Shown piece by piece: positions 1-8,689 of a stretch of 64,000 bases of DNA. Source of the stretch: Opitutales bacterium (GTDB lineage: Bacteria > Verrucomicrobiota > Verrucomicrobiia > Opitutales > UBA2987); the NCBI GenBank assembly GCA_965226885.1, contig CBDDEL010000016.1:108513-172512 (forward strand), read 5' to 3'. A program made the position numbers and the translations under genes. The notes under the pieces were generated by a model. It was not told the origin of the DNA. It saw nothing but the letters and a program-made list of their open reading frames with translations, and ran no database searches. The first letter of the stretch is position 1. The number at the start of each line of letters is the position of its first letter.

Positions 1-1
1 G

Positions 2-568
2 GGTCTCAAAATAGCCCGCTTCTGGTATGATTGGGGAATGCCCTCGATGGTTTTCTGGTATGCCCTCGAATGGCAAAAAATATTGGAAATCCGGGTCCTT
101 CACAACGCCTGGCAAAGGATGCTGTTTTCCCTTTTGCTTTGCCTGGCCTTTTACACCGCCCTGGGCCATAACCAGTTTAATCGCTGGTCCGTCAACACCA
201 CCCTGGATTATTCTTATTTGAAAGAAAGCAATGCCTTCCAAGACTGGCTGCCGGGGGAAAACGGCCTCGTTTACTCCAACAGCATGGGTGTATTTTTCAA
301 TTTTTCACACCTCTTTCCCGATTCTTCCTGGAGATACGTCCTCGGCCTGGAGCCCGCCCACATGAGCAAGGAAAACGTGCAGGTTTTCCGCGCCTACCGG
401 AAAAATCGCGACCTCCGCGACCTCCGCCCCTGGGCCGACAAGCTGCGCCCCCAGGACCGCCTCATTCTCTTCACCGGGCCCGCCAAAACACCCCCGCTGC
501 CCCAACTCAAATGGCAATTCCTCCCCCCCAAATGCTGGATAGGAAAAACACCGGAAAGTCCCAACTAA
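2..568 (+). CDS. hypothetical protein, 5' end outside window
   Basis: Frame open from window edge (first listed start at 38); one hydrophobic segment; no motif recognised. Confidence 0.35.
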   Translation, partial: GLKIARFWYDWGMPSMVFWYALEWQKILEIRVLHNAWQRMLFSLLLCLAFYTALGHNQFNRWSVNTTLDYSYLKESNAFQDWLPGENGLVYSNSMGVFFNFSHLFPDSSWRYVLGLEPAHMSKENVQVFRAYRKNRDLRDLRPWADKLRPQDRLILFTGPAKTPPLPQLKWQFLPPKCWIGKTPESPN

Positions 569-680
569 TACCAATGGCCGTTATTCGCTATAATTTTCAA
601 GGATGATAATAACGATTATTAGGCGCTCATGCTTATCGGTTTGATGTGCACTGGAAAAAGTGGACACGAGATTCTCCTAA

Positions 681-992
681 ATGGAGAATCGAAGCATGGG
701 AAGAAGACGCTTTAGTATAGAGTTCAAAAATGAGGCAGTTCAACTGATGATACTCGATGGTCTGAGCGCCACCGAGGTATCGACCAAACTTGGGGTCAAC
801 ACCAACCAATTGTATAGGTGGAAGAGGCTCTATCTGGACGATCAGCAGGGCGAAGCCACCTCAAAGCGACAGAGCAGTCCGAAGGAGATGGCGGCCGAGA
901 TAGATCGTCTTCGCAAAGAGCTGCGCCGCTCGGAGCGGATCAACCAGATACTAAAAAAAACGGTGGGCTACTTTGCCAAGGACGAACAATGA
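681..992 (+). CDS. IS3-family transposase OrfA (HTH)
   Basis: 103 aa, RRRFSIEFKNEAVQL...LGVNTNQLYRWKR typical IS3/IS911 OrfA; leucine-zipper-like C-terminus. Confidence 0.85.
   Translation: MENRSMGRRRFSIEFKNEAVQLMILDGLSATEVSTKLGVNTNQLYRWKRLYLDDQQGEATSKRQSSPKEMAAEIDRLRKELRRSERINQILKKTVGYFAKDEQ
953..960 (+). other. A8 slippery run, candidate -1 frameshift site orfA to orfB
   Basis: CTA AAA AAA ACG in orfA frame; orfB frame (-1) is open across it. Confidence 0.5.
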
Positions 993-1906
993 AGTACCAG
1001 TTTGTCAAAGACAACGAGGGGCGCTTCAAGATCGAGGAAATATGCTCGGCGATGGGGATTTGTCGCAGTGGCTATTACTGCTGGAGGCACCGAGCGCCCT
1101 CGGCCCGGCGGATCGAGGACGAGGGAATCAAGGGGGCGATCCTGAAGGTACACAAAGAGGCCAAGGGCCGCTATGGGCATCGGCCAATGCACCGCCATCT
1201 GAAGGATGATGAGGGCATCGATTGCGGCCGTGACCGGGCTCTGCGTCTGATGCGTGAAATGGGAATCAAAAGCACCCAGAGTAAACGCTTTAAGCCATTA
1301 AAAACCAACAGTAACCATCCCTATGGTTACAGCCCCAATGTGCTTAAAAAGCATGGCCAGCCGACCCATATCGACGAGGTCTGGGTGGCGGACACGACCT
1401 ACCTACGGACCCTGGCCGGTTGGATGTACTTGGCCACGGTGATGGACCTGTTCAGCCGACGCCTGCTGGGCTGGAGCGTTTCCAACCACAACGACGCGAA
1501 GCTGGTTGGCAAGGCCCTCAAAGCCGCGGCCATGACCCGCGGCACACTGCGCACCGGGATTATTCATCACAGCGATCGGGGCAGCCCCTACGGCAGCGAC
1601 GACTATCAGAGGCTGGTCTCTGAACTAGGCATGAAGCCGAGCATGAGCGCCCAAGGCAACTGCTACGACAACGCGGCCATGGAATCGTTCTACGGCCGCT
1701 TCAAGACCAGCACGATTCGAGGCCGCCACTTTGCCGACGAGCGCGAACTGCGATCAACTGTCTTCGAATACGTGGAAATCTTCTACAACCGATATCGCAA
1801 ACATTCCTCTCTGAGTTACCAAAGCCCAGTCCAATTCGAGGAAAATATTTGCCCCCCATGGGGGGCAACGAGAAAACAAAACCCTTTACCAAAACAAGCC
1901 GCCTGA
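989..1906 (+). CDS. IS3-family transposase OrfB (DDE integrase core)
   Basis: VWVADTTYLRT, IHHSDRGSPYGS, NCYDNAAMESFYGRFK; ATG 989 overlaps orfA stop (ATGA); -1 frame relative to orfA. Confidence 0.85.
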   Translation: MKYQFVKDNEGRFKIEEICSAMGICRSGYYCWRHRAPSARRIEDEGIKGAILKVHKEAKGRYGHRPMHRHLKDDEGIDCGRDRALRLMREMGIKSTQSKRFKPLKTNSNHPYGYSPNVLKKHGQPTHIDEVWVADTTYLRTLAGWMYLATVMDLFSRRLLGWSVSNHNDAKLVGKALKAAAMTRGTLRTGIIHHSDRGSPYGSDDYQRLVSELGMKPSMSAQGNCYDNAAMESFYGRFKTSTIRGRHFADERELRSTVFEYVEIFYNRYRKHSSLSYQSPVQFEENICPPWGATRKQNPLPKQAA

Positions 1907-1975
1907 CACACTAATCAATAAACAATGAATATAAGAGAATCCCGTGTCCAACAAATCCAGTACACGTCAGTTTTA

Positions 1976-2000
1976 TAATGTGCACTGGAAAAAGTGGACA
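1976..2000 (+). repeat. orphan copy of the IS3a left terminal repeat
   Basis: TAATGTGCACTGGAAAAAGTGGACA is 24/25 identical to 642-666; homology stops after 25 bp. Confidence 0.7.
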
Positions 2001-2080
2001 TCATTTTTGGGATTATATGAACTTGAAACTGGTTGAAATTAAAATTTGCCTTAACAACTTTTAGTTTAAATTAGATTCCC

Positions 2081-3172
2081 ATGAAAAATATCCTTGTTGC
2101 CATGTCCGGTGGCGTGGACAGCGCCGTGACCGCCCTGCTTTTGCGCAATCAGGGCCTTGCCGTGACCGGCGCTTATATTAGGACATGGATAAGCGAGGAA
2201 GAGGTGTTTTCCGACTGCCCCTGGCAACGGGAAATTGAGGATGCCCGCACCGTGGCCGAGACCATCGGGATCGATTTCCGCGTCCTTAACTTCATCCGGG
2301 AGTATCATGAAAAAGTAGTCCACTACATGGTCGAGGGATACCGAAACGGAACCACTCCCAATCCCGATGCCATCTGCAACCGGGAAATGAAATTCGGCGT
2401 CTTCCTCGATTATGCTCTCAGCCACGGGTATGACGGCGTCGCCACGGGGCATTATTGCAGAATCGCCCACAACACCGGCGGAGGGCCGGAATTGCTGGAA
2501 GGTTTCGATAAAAACAAAGACCAATCCTATTTTCTGGCCCTGGTCCGGCCGGAGCAATTGAAACGCGTCCTTTTCCCCATCGGCGAATTAACCAAACCGG
2601 AAGTGCGGGAACTGGCCCGCGATGCCCGCCTGCCAAACGCCGAAAAAAAAGACAGCCAGGGCATCTGTTTTTTGGGCAAGGTGCACATCGCCGATTTTCT
2701 CTCCGGCTACATCGAAGACCAACCCGGAGAAATCGTTAGCGCCCGTGGGCGCGTCCTCGGTCGCCATGGCGGTCTGCACAAATTCACCCTCGGACAGCGC
2801 CGCGGAATCGGAATCCCCTCCAACACCGACCACCAGGCCTACGTTGTGGTGGCCAAAGATTCCGCCAAAAACCGGCTCGTAGTGGAATTCGACAAACCCG
2901 CCTCCCCCCGCCTCTACACGAACACCTGGATGCTGCAAGACCTCAACTTTCTTCATTCTCCACCGGAAAATGGTTCCACCCTATTGGCCCGGCCCCGCTA
3001 CCGTGACCCGGCCACCCCGATTACTTTCAACCGGGATAAAAAAGACTCCGCTACAGCCACGGTGCATTTCCATAAATCCCAGCGGGCCATCGCCCACGGC
3101 CAGGTCTGCGCCCTCTACCAAGGAGAAAAACTCCTCGGCGGCGGCATCTTCACTGAAACCACAGCGTTTTAA
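2081..3172 (+). CDS. mnmA: tRNA-specific 2-thiouridylase MnmA
   Basis: 363 aa; PP-loop VAMSGGVDSAV; conserved MnmA length and C-terminal barrel region. Confidence 0.93.
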   Translation: MKNILVAMSGGVDSAVTALLLRNQGLAVTGAYIRTWISEEEVFSDCPWQREIEDARTVAETIGIDFRVLNFIREYHEKVVHYMVEGYRNGTTPNPDAICNREMKFGVFLDYALSHGYDGVATGHYCRIAHNTGGGPELLEGFDKNKDQSYFLALVRPEQLKRVLFPIGELTKPEVRELARDARLPNAEKKDSQGICFLGKVHIADFLSGYIEDQPGEIVSARGRVLGRHGGLHKFTLGQRRGIGIPSNTDHQAYVVVAKDSAKNRLVVEFDKPASPRLYTNTWMLQDLNFLHSPPENGSTLLARPRYRDPATPITFNRDKKDSATATVHFHKSQRAIAHGQVCALYQGEKLLGGGIFTETTAF

Positions 3173-3379
3173 TAGAACCTCTCAAATCGGAAATCCTGCA
3201 TTTTATGTCGGCATACCGGCAATTTATGGCGATTACACTTTGAGTCGATGTCCAAACACCAGATACCCGATACTGGATATCGTTTATAATCAAATGATTG
3301 TGGAACAGATAGAAACTGGCATTGTCCTAGCTATATTACCCACTAAATCCATTGCGACAAACCCAAAAACTGGCAGATA

Positions 3380-3931
3380 ATGAATACAGATACTTATACA
3401 GGCAAAAAAAGCGTTTATTCTTCCAATCCTTTCCACATGGAACGGTCAATGACCACACGCGTTCTTGTATTACTGATCGTTGGAATCGCCGCTAGCTTAA
3501 GTGCGGAGACTCTAACCTCTCCGGTGTTTAGCATCGACGTGGCGACCGATTGGAAACACCGTATTGAGGAACGCGCGCCCGTGTCGGATGGATGGGATGA
3601 TCTGATTAGCATCTATCGGCCAGATGGGGTTGGCATACTGAATATTCAACCCTTCATCGCACCAGGTGACTTCAGTAAGGCCCGCCTGCGACTCCTGACC
3701 AATGTAGAAGCATCAACGCAGCTTACGTGGCATGAAGGGGAAGATTTTTCGGGCTACCAGCACAGTTATACCGAAAACGGATCATTCTATAAGCAATGGT
3801 GGCTTACGAATGAACGAAAAATACTCTTCATCGTCTACACGTGCGATGCTGACGCGCAGCCAATTGAAATCGAGGTTGAAATCGAAGCGATAGACAAGAT
3901 GGTCAACTCAATCAAGCTGAACCGGTCCTGA
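3380..3931 (+). CDS. hypothetical secreted protein
   Basis: Signal-like VLVLLIVGIAASLSA after internal Met (MERSM / MTTR); no family recognised; start uncertain. Confidence 0.45.
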   Translation: MNTDTYTGKKSVYSSNPFHMERSMTTRVLVLLIVGIAASLSAETLTSPVFSIDVATDWKHRIEERAPVSDGWDDLISIYRPDGVGILNIQPFIAPGDFSKARLRLLTNVEASTQLTWHEGEDFSGYQHSYTENGSFYKQWWLTNERKILFIVYTCDADAQPIEIEVEIEAIDKMVNSIKLNRS

Positions 3932-3996
3932 CCAAACGGCTTTGAAAGCAACGTCAATCCATACTTTGCTGCCGCCTACAGTACAAAAACCGATTT

Positions 3997-4482
3997 TCAC
4001 ACTTTGACCTTTAATCCACCCATTGAGCAGACTATTTCAAAATGCTTTTTGGTCACGTCTTGGATGGAGAGGCGCTGGAATCTTTGCACGACCCGCATAC
4101 CTTCGAGTTCGGGGGTGGCTTTCATTTCCCGCAGGCTGACGTAGGTTTTGAACTTCTTTTTCCATTTGATATCGACGGCATACCATTGCGGTTTTTCGGA
4201 CGACGATTTGGGGTCGTAATACTTATGCTTTTTATCGAAAGCCGATGGGTCCGCATAACCCACGCGCACAATTTCAGCCAATCCCGGCACACCCGGAGTA
4301 TCGCAATTGGATTGATAAAAGAGGACCGCATCCCCCAGCTTCATCTCGTCCCGCATAAAATTGCGCGCCTGGTAATTGCGAACCCCTCTCCACTTACCAA
4401 TGCTCTTGGGCCTGTCATGCTTCAACTCATAAAAAGAGCAAGCCTCCAATTCGCATTTCATGAGCCAGAATTTTCGCGCCAT
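3997..4482 (-). CDS. EVE (PUA-like) domain protein
   Basis: FWLMKCE...GVRNYQARNFMRDEMKLGD...VLFYQSN typical EVE/DUF55; start set at MARKFW (ATG 4482-4480) because upstream codons are IS-derived. Confidence 0.8.
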   Translation of the reverse strand: MARKFWLMKCELEACSFYELKHDRPKSIGKWRGVRNYQARNFMRDEMKLGDAVLFYQSNCDTPGVPGLAEIVRVGYADPSAFDKKHKYYDPKSSSEKPQWYAVDIKWKKKFKTYVSLREMKATPELEGMRVVQRFQRLSIQDVTKKHFEIVCSMGGLKVKV

Positions 4483-4487
4483 AGTTA

Positions 4488-4686
4488 GAGGCTGTCCCAA
4501 AAGGGTGATTTTTGCGAGGGCTTTTGATAGGCGCTCATTTTAGAGGTATTTGCATTTGGGAGAGTATCAACTTTGCTCTCCTATGACGTTAGGATGCTGG
4601 TTTTGGGGTCCGGTTGCCTGGTTTTCTTTGTATGAGCCGACAGTAAGGCTGTGAAAAAGTATTGTCCTTGCTTTTCCGCTCTCTAG
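4488..4686 (-). mobile_element. IS5-like element copy D, right-end fragment
   Basis: Matches right end of copies A/B/C (terminal GAGGCTGTCCCAAAA) up to the transposase stop; cut by IS1380 at 4687. Confidence 0.85.
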
Positions 4687-6253
4687 CCCGGATATTTCAT
4701 GAAGGGTAAAGTTTGGCTCGTTATTGCTATTGGAGATGGATTTCTTTGTATTTTGAGCAGATCGTCTTGATTTTTAGGTGTTTTTCAGGGTGTAGAGACA
4801 CTGCCCCCTTTCCCCCATTGGTTCGGTAGTGCCGGGGGCAGCACCAATGCACCCTTTAGGTTGGCACCAATCGGCGGGCCGCATGGTTGAAAAGACTGGC
4901 CCAAGGATAACTCTCACTTAGGTGAAAGTGAATCGTTCGGGTGTTGCGCACGATGACCGCTCCGATCTTGATTAATTTGAGCCGCAGGGTGTGGCATTGG
5001 GCCCGCGCCCACTTCGTCCCTTTTAAGGCTAACCGGCGCATGGCTTCCATCAAGGTGTAGGCCAGCGCCGACAAGAGCAATCGCCACTGATTGGCCCACC
5101 ATTGATGGGCGCTGGTGCGCTCGCTGAACAATTGCATCTGTTCCTTGATTCGGTTCTCCATTTCACCGCGGCCACAGTATACCTTGTCGTAAAGCTCCTG
5201 GGGATCGCCCGGCAGGTTCGTCACCACGAAGCGCGGGTTGGACCCCTGTGCGGTGTGTTCGGCTTTATGGATGACCAACCGCAGCCATCGCCACGAATCG
5301 GCAGCATAGACGAAGTCCTGGAATAACCGTTGTTTTTTACCCCTTAGTTCGAACCATTTTTTGGCCTGCTTTTGCAACTGCTGGGCGTCTTGCTGCAAGC
5401 GTGCATTGCGAGCCATCCCCACGATGTAACTAACTTCGTTGCGGTCGCACCAAGAGAGTATCCGGTCTCGACAAAATCCACTGTCGGCGCGCCAAATAAT
5501 CCGCGTACGGGGCCAGCTTTGGCGAATCCGTTTAACCAGCAATTTGAGGATGGCCCCGGCATGCTTGCTGGCATCGATCTTGCTCGGCCGCAGGTAGGCC
5601 ACCAGCAGCTGATCACCGCAAAAAACATATAGCGGCAGAAAACAGTAATGATCATAATAACCGTGGAAAAAACGTCCCTCCTGGAGCCCGTGCACCGGAT
5701 TGTCGGTGGCGTCAAAGTCCAGGATGATCTCTTCGGGTTCCTCGGCAAAGGAGCCCATGAACTGTTCGACCAACAGCTCGTTTACCGCAAAGGCCGCCCG
5801 CCGATCCTGCCCGTTTTCAAAACGACACAAAGTCGGCGCGCTGGCCAACGTTTCAATGCGCCCCGTTACCGTTTGCAACAATGGATCGTGGCGCAGGGTA
5901 TCAAAGTCGTTCAAATCCTCATACCCCGCCACCAGCCCGTAAACGCGCTGCCGCAGCATCCCCAAGACCTCATGGCGTACTTTGCCCTTCTGCCGTTTGT
6001 CCACTAACTGTCGGGCCGCTCGTTCGGTCAAGCCCAACTGCCGATCCACTTCCCGGATCAAAAGCAGTCCGGCATCCGAAGTAACCTCTCCGCCCTTGAA
6101 ATCAACCCGCACACGGCGGCCTTTTACCCTTGTCAACTGTAGCTTTAATTGTTTACCCTTTGTCATCGCTGATATTGCTTTAATTATTGATCTATCCTGC
6201 TGTATATCAGCAGTTAAGCATATCAACGATACTTTTTTTACGAAATATCCGGG
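4687..6253 (-). mobile_element. IS1380-family insertion sequence, copy 1 (1567 bp)
   Basis: Terminal IRs CCCGGATATTTC.../...GAAATATCCGGG; same-length, near-identical copy at 53916-55482; flanks CTAG / TTAG. Confidence 0.85.
4856..6226 (-). CDS. IS1380-family DDE transposase
   Basis: ILDFDATDNPVHGLQEGRFFHGYYDHYCFLPLYVF, RADSGFC; true start may be MTKGKQ (6166). Confidence 0.8.
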   Translation of the reverse strand: MICLTADIQQDRSIIKAISAMTKGKQLKLQLTRVKGRRVRVDFKGGEVTSDAGLLLIREVDRQLGLTERAARQLVDKRQKGKVRHEVLGMLRQRVYGLVAGYEDLNDFDTLRHDPLLQTVTGRIETLASAPTLCRFENGQDRRAAFAVNELLVEQFMGSFAEEPEEIILDFDATDNPVHGLQEGRFFHGYYDHYCFLPLYVFCGDQLLVAYLRPSKIDASKHAGAILKLLVKRIRQSWPRTRIIWRADSGFCRDRILSWCDRNEVSYIVGMARNARLQQDAQQLQKQAKKWFELRGKKQRLFQDFVYAADSWRWLRLVIHKAEHTAQGSNPRFVVTNLPGDPQELYDKVYCGRGEMENRIKEQMQLFSERTSAHQWWANQWRLLLSALAYTLMEAMRRLALKGTKWARAQCHTLRLKLIKIGAVIVRNTRTIHFHLSESYPWASLFNHAARRLVPT

Positions 6254-6555
6254 TTAGACCCATTGGCTGCCACCCCTCCAAGGCCAGCTCAATGGCCTGC
6301 GATTCCACCTCCGAGTCGATCAGCAGCCGATCGATTCGATCAATGGTGGCGCGGAAGTTATCGTAATCGAGGCACCGGTCGACCACAGTTAAAGCTGGAC
6401 GCAGGAGGCATTGGATGGCTATATTTTTCATAGAAAGGCTAACTCAATTATAGAACCCTTTTTTGGCCGGATCGAGCAAAAACTTGCTCTTTCCGGCTCT
6501 TTTTATCAACGTCATCCAGTTGACTATAAAATCTTTATATTTTTGGGACAGCCTC
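6254..6555 (-). mobile_element. IS5-like element copy D, left-end fragment (first 59 transposase codons, ATG 6431)
   Basis: Matches left end of copies A/B/C; about 1.3 kb of interior missing between this and 4686. Confidence 0.85.
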
Positions 6556-6594
6556 TAGTTAATAACCCTTTTTCTTTAAATAGCTGGTGAACAC

Positions 6595-8364
6595 TTAAAA
6601 CCAGAATAAAATACCTAGCAGGAGGACGGCCAGGCAGGCGGTTACTCCGATGGGTAGCGCGCCCAGGCGGGCTTTTTCATAATAATCCTGTTTTCTCGCA
6701 AAAATTTCGGAACGGCTCTTGCTTTGGGCGATCCAAACGGGCATCAGCAGACCAACCATAAGGTGCGAGGGCGCTTCGCGGAAAAACAGCCTTATGCGGG
6801 AAACCAGACGGGGCAGAAATTCCTCGAAAGTGAGAGTATTGAAACCACTCAAGAAAAACTCCGATCCACGGTAAAGGAGCCGGCCTCCTTTGCGGTAAAA
6901 CCAGTCGATATCCAGGTTTACAGCACGCATTTCTCGTGGGTAGACGCCCAGGAGCATCAAGGTGGCAAAAGCCAGGGCGGAGAAAAAGAGCAATTGGGTC
7001 TGAGTCACCACATGGGTCAGGGTGTAGGGCACGAAGTCCACCGGATAGGGCAAGAGACTGTAGAGCAGGGTGGGAAAAGCGCCGTTGAATATGCATAGAA
7101 AGGCGGCCAATCCCATAGCCACCAACATACTGGTGGGCGCCTCCTTGGTCCTGATGCCGGAATCGTGCCCGAAAAACGCAAAATAGGGAATTTTAATACC
7201 GGCATGATGAAATACCCCGGCGGAAGCGATGAGGAGAAATACCCAGACCCACAAATACCCTTCTTGACCCGCCGCCGCCAAAACCATCGACTTGCTGACG
7301 AAGCCGCTGAAGAGGGGAAAAGCCGAAATGGAAGCGGCCCCGACCATGCAAAATCCAGCCGTCAAGGGCATCGATTTATAGAGTCCGCCAAGGTCCGTGC
7401 CTTTGATCCGGCCCGTGCGCAGAAGAACAGCGCCCATCGACATAAAAAGGAGTCCTTTGAAAATGACATCGTTAAACGCATGGGCCACCGCCCCGTTGAT
7501 AGCCAGAGGTGTCCCAATACCGATTCCCACCACCATGAAACCGATCTGATTAATCATACTGTAGCTAAGCACTCTTCGGAGGTTGTTTTCGATCACCGCG
7601 AAGAAAATGGGAAACATCGTCATGATGGTTCCGATGACAACTAGCTCTTCAGCTCCGGGAAATCCTCTGGCCAGCGCGTAAACGGCTGCCTTGGTGGTGA
7701 AGGAACTCAGAAAAACCGTGCCCACCGGAGTGGCTTCCGGGTAGGAATCCACCAGCCAGGTATGCAGCAATGGGAAACCGCACTTGATACCGAAGCCAAT
7801 AAATATAAGCCAGGTGGCCATCCCGCTCAGAGACATGCTCTCGAAGGCAAGGCTGCCGGTTTGGTGGTATTGCACGGCGGCCCCTGCCAAAACGAGCAAA
7901 CCCGAGGATACATGCATGAGCAGGTAGCGGATACCAGAATTGAAGGATGTTTTGCTCCGGCGGGCCCAAATGAGAAATACCGAGGTAATGGCCAGCAACT
8001 CCCAAAAGACAAAAAGGGTGAGCAGATCGCCCGCGAAAACCACCCCAACGGCGCTTCCGGCATAGAGCAGAGCTGCCACCAATTGCACCCGGTCTTTTAA
8101 CCGCACCGCGTAAATAGCCCCCAACAATGCCGCTATGTGAAAAAGATATCCGAAGAGCAGACTGAGCTTGTCCACTCGCAAGCAATTGAGCTCCAGGCCC
8201 ATAAAGACCATAGGCATAGCATCACCTTGCTCCAGTGAATGAACATTGAGCAAGCCCAGCACAGGGGCCAAAATCAATACTGTTTTACGCGCCTTGCCTG
8301 GCAAAAAAGGCAATACCAGCGCCCCAGCAAAAAGGATCACCGCGGGATGGAGGCTATTCGTCAT
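6595..8364 (-). CDS. Mrp-type antiporter large subunit (NuoL/MrpA-like proton-conducting transporter)
   Basis: 589 aa polytopic; HTWLVDSYPEATPVGTVFLS; long C-terminal amphipathic stretch plus terminal TM resembles NuoL-type lateral helix. Confidence 0.75.
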   Translation of the reverse strand: MTNSLHPAVILFAGALVLPFLPGKARKTVLILAPVLGLLNVHSLEQGDAMPMVFMGLELNCLRVDKLSLLFGYLFHIAALLGAIYAVRLKDRVQLVAALLYAGSAVGVVFAGDLLTLFVFWELLAITSVFLIWARRSKTSFNSGIRYLLMHVSSGLLVLAGAAVQYHQTGSLAFESMSLSGMATWLIFIGFGIKCGFPLLHTWLVDSYPEATPVGTVFLSSFTTKAAVYALARGFPGAEELVVIGTIMTMFPIFFAVIENNLRRVLSYSMINQIGFMVVGIGIGTPLAINGAVAHAFNDVIFKGLLFMSMGAVLLRTGRIKGTDLGGLYKSMPLTAGFCMVGAASISAFPLFSGFVSKSMVLAAAGQEGYLWVWVFLLIASAGVFHHAGIKIPYFAFFGHDSGIRTKEAPTSMLVAMGLAAFLCIFNGAFPTLLYSLLPYPVDFVPYTLTHVVTQTQLLFFSALAFATLMLLGVYPREMRAVNLDIDWFYRKGGRLLYRGSEFFLSGFNTLTFEEFLPRLVSRIRLFFREAPSHLMVGLLMPVWIAQSKSRSEIFARKQDYYEKARLGALPIGVTACLAVLLLGILFWF

Positions 8365-8689
8365 AATAGTCCTCCCTTCTTTTTAATAGAGCCCTCACCA
8401 CATATTTGGCAATCAGAACGATCGAGGTACATGCGGCAAAACCGTAGACCGCGTAGAAGCCAAACCATCCTTCGAGAGAAAATGCGCCTTCCTCAAAACT
8501 CAGGTGCTTGTGCTCAACTAAGAATACCAGGTCTAAAAGGAACAAAATCGCGCAGGTGATAACGAGAAGAGCGATAAATCTGCGAACGTTCTTCGGCTCG
8601 TCAAATAAGTGCTTCCTGCCGTCGTCGGGCAAAAGCGCCAGGCCGTCTTCATAATCGTGCCAGGGTTGGGGTTCTTCCTTGTCGGTCAT
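8354..8689 (-). CDS. small two-TM membrane protein inside Mrp operon
   Basis: 112 aa from ATG 8689 (ATGA overlap with upstream stop at 8686); acidic N-terminus, two hydrophobic helices; no family recognised. Confidence 0.5.
   Translation of the reverse strand: MTDKEEPQPWHDYEDGLALLPDDGRKHLFDEPKNVRRFIALLVITCAILFLLDLVFLVEHKHLSFEEGAFSLEGWFGFYAVYGFAACTSIVLIAKYVVRALLKRREDYYDE

Larger units (their letters stand above)
642..1969 (+). mobile_element. IS3-family insertion sequence, type a, copy 1 (1328 bp)
   Basis: Imperfect terminal IRs TGATGTGCACTGG.../...CCAGTACACGTCA; orfA/orfB in 0/-1 frames; GTT direct repeat at 639-641 and 1970-1972; near-identical inverted copy at 62664-63991. Confidence 0.85.

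Noticed and set aside
818-988. N-terminal 57 codons of the listed 362-aa ORF 818..1906 (same in 62727..63815)
   Set aside because: This stretch is the -1 frame overlapping orfA and has an Arg/Gly/Ser-rich nonsense composition. The real OrfB begins by frameshift at the A8 run or at ATG 989.
2066-2557. 163-aa ORF antisense to mnmA
   Set aside because: It lies fully inside a strongly supported gene on the other strand and has no motif, so it is a typical shadow ORF.
4483-4500. Longer start (MGQPLTM...) for the EVE-domain gene
   Set aside because: Apart from the two codons nearest the ATG, which lie in the 5-nt flank, these codons are encoded by the IS5-like terminal repeat. The same MGQPL peptide appears at other IS ends.
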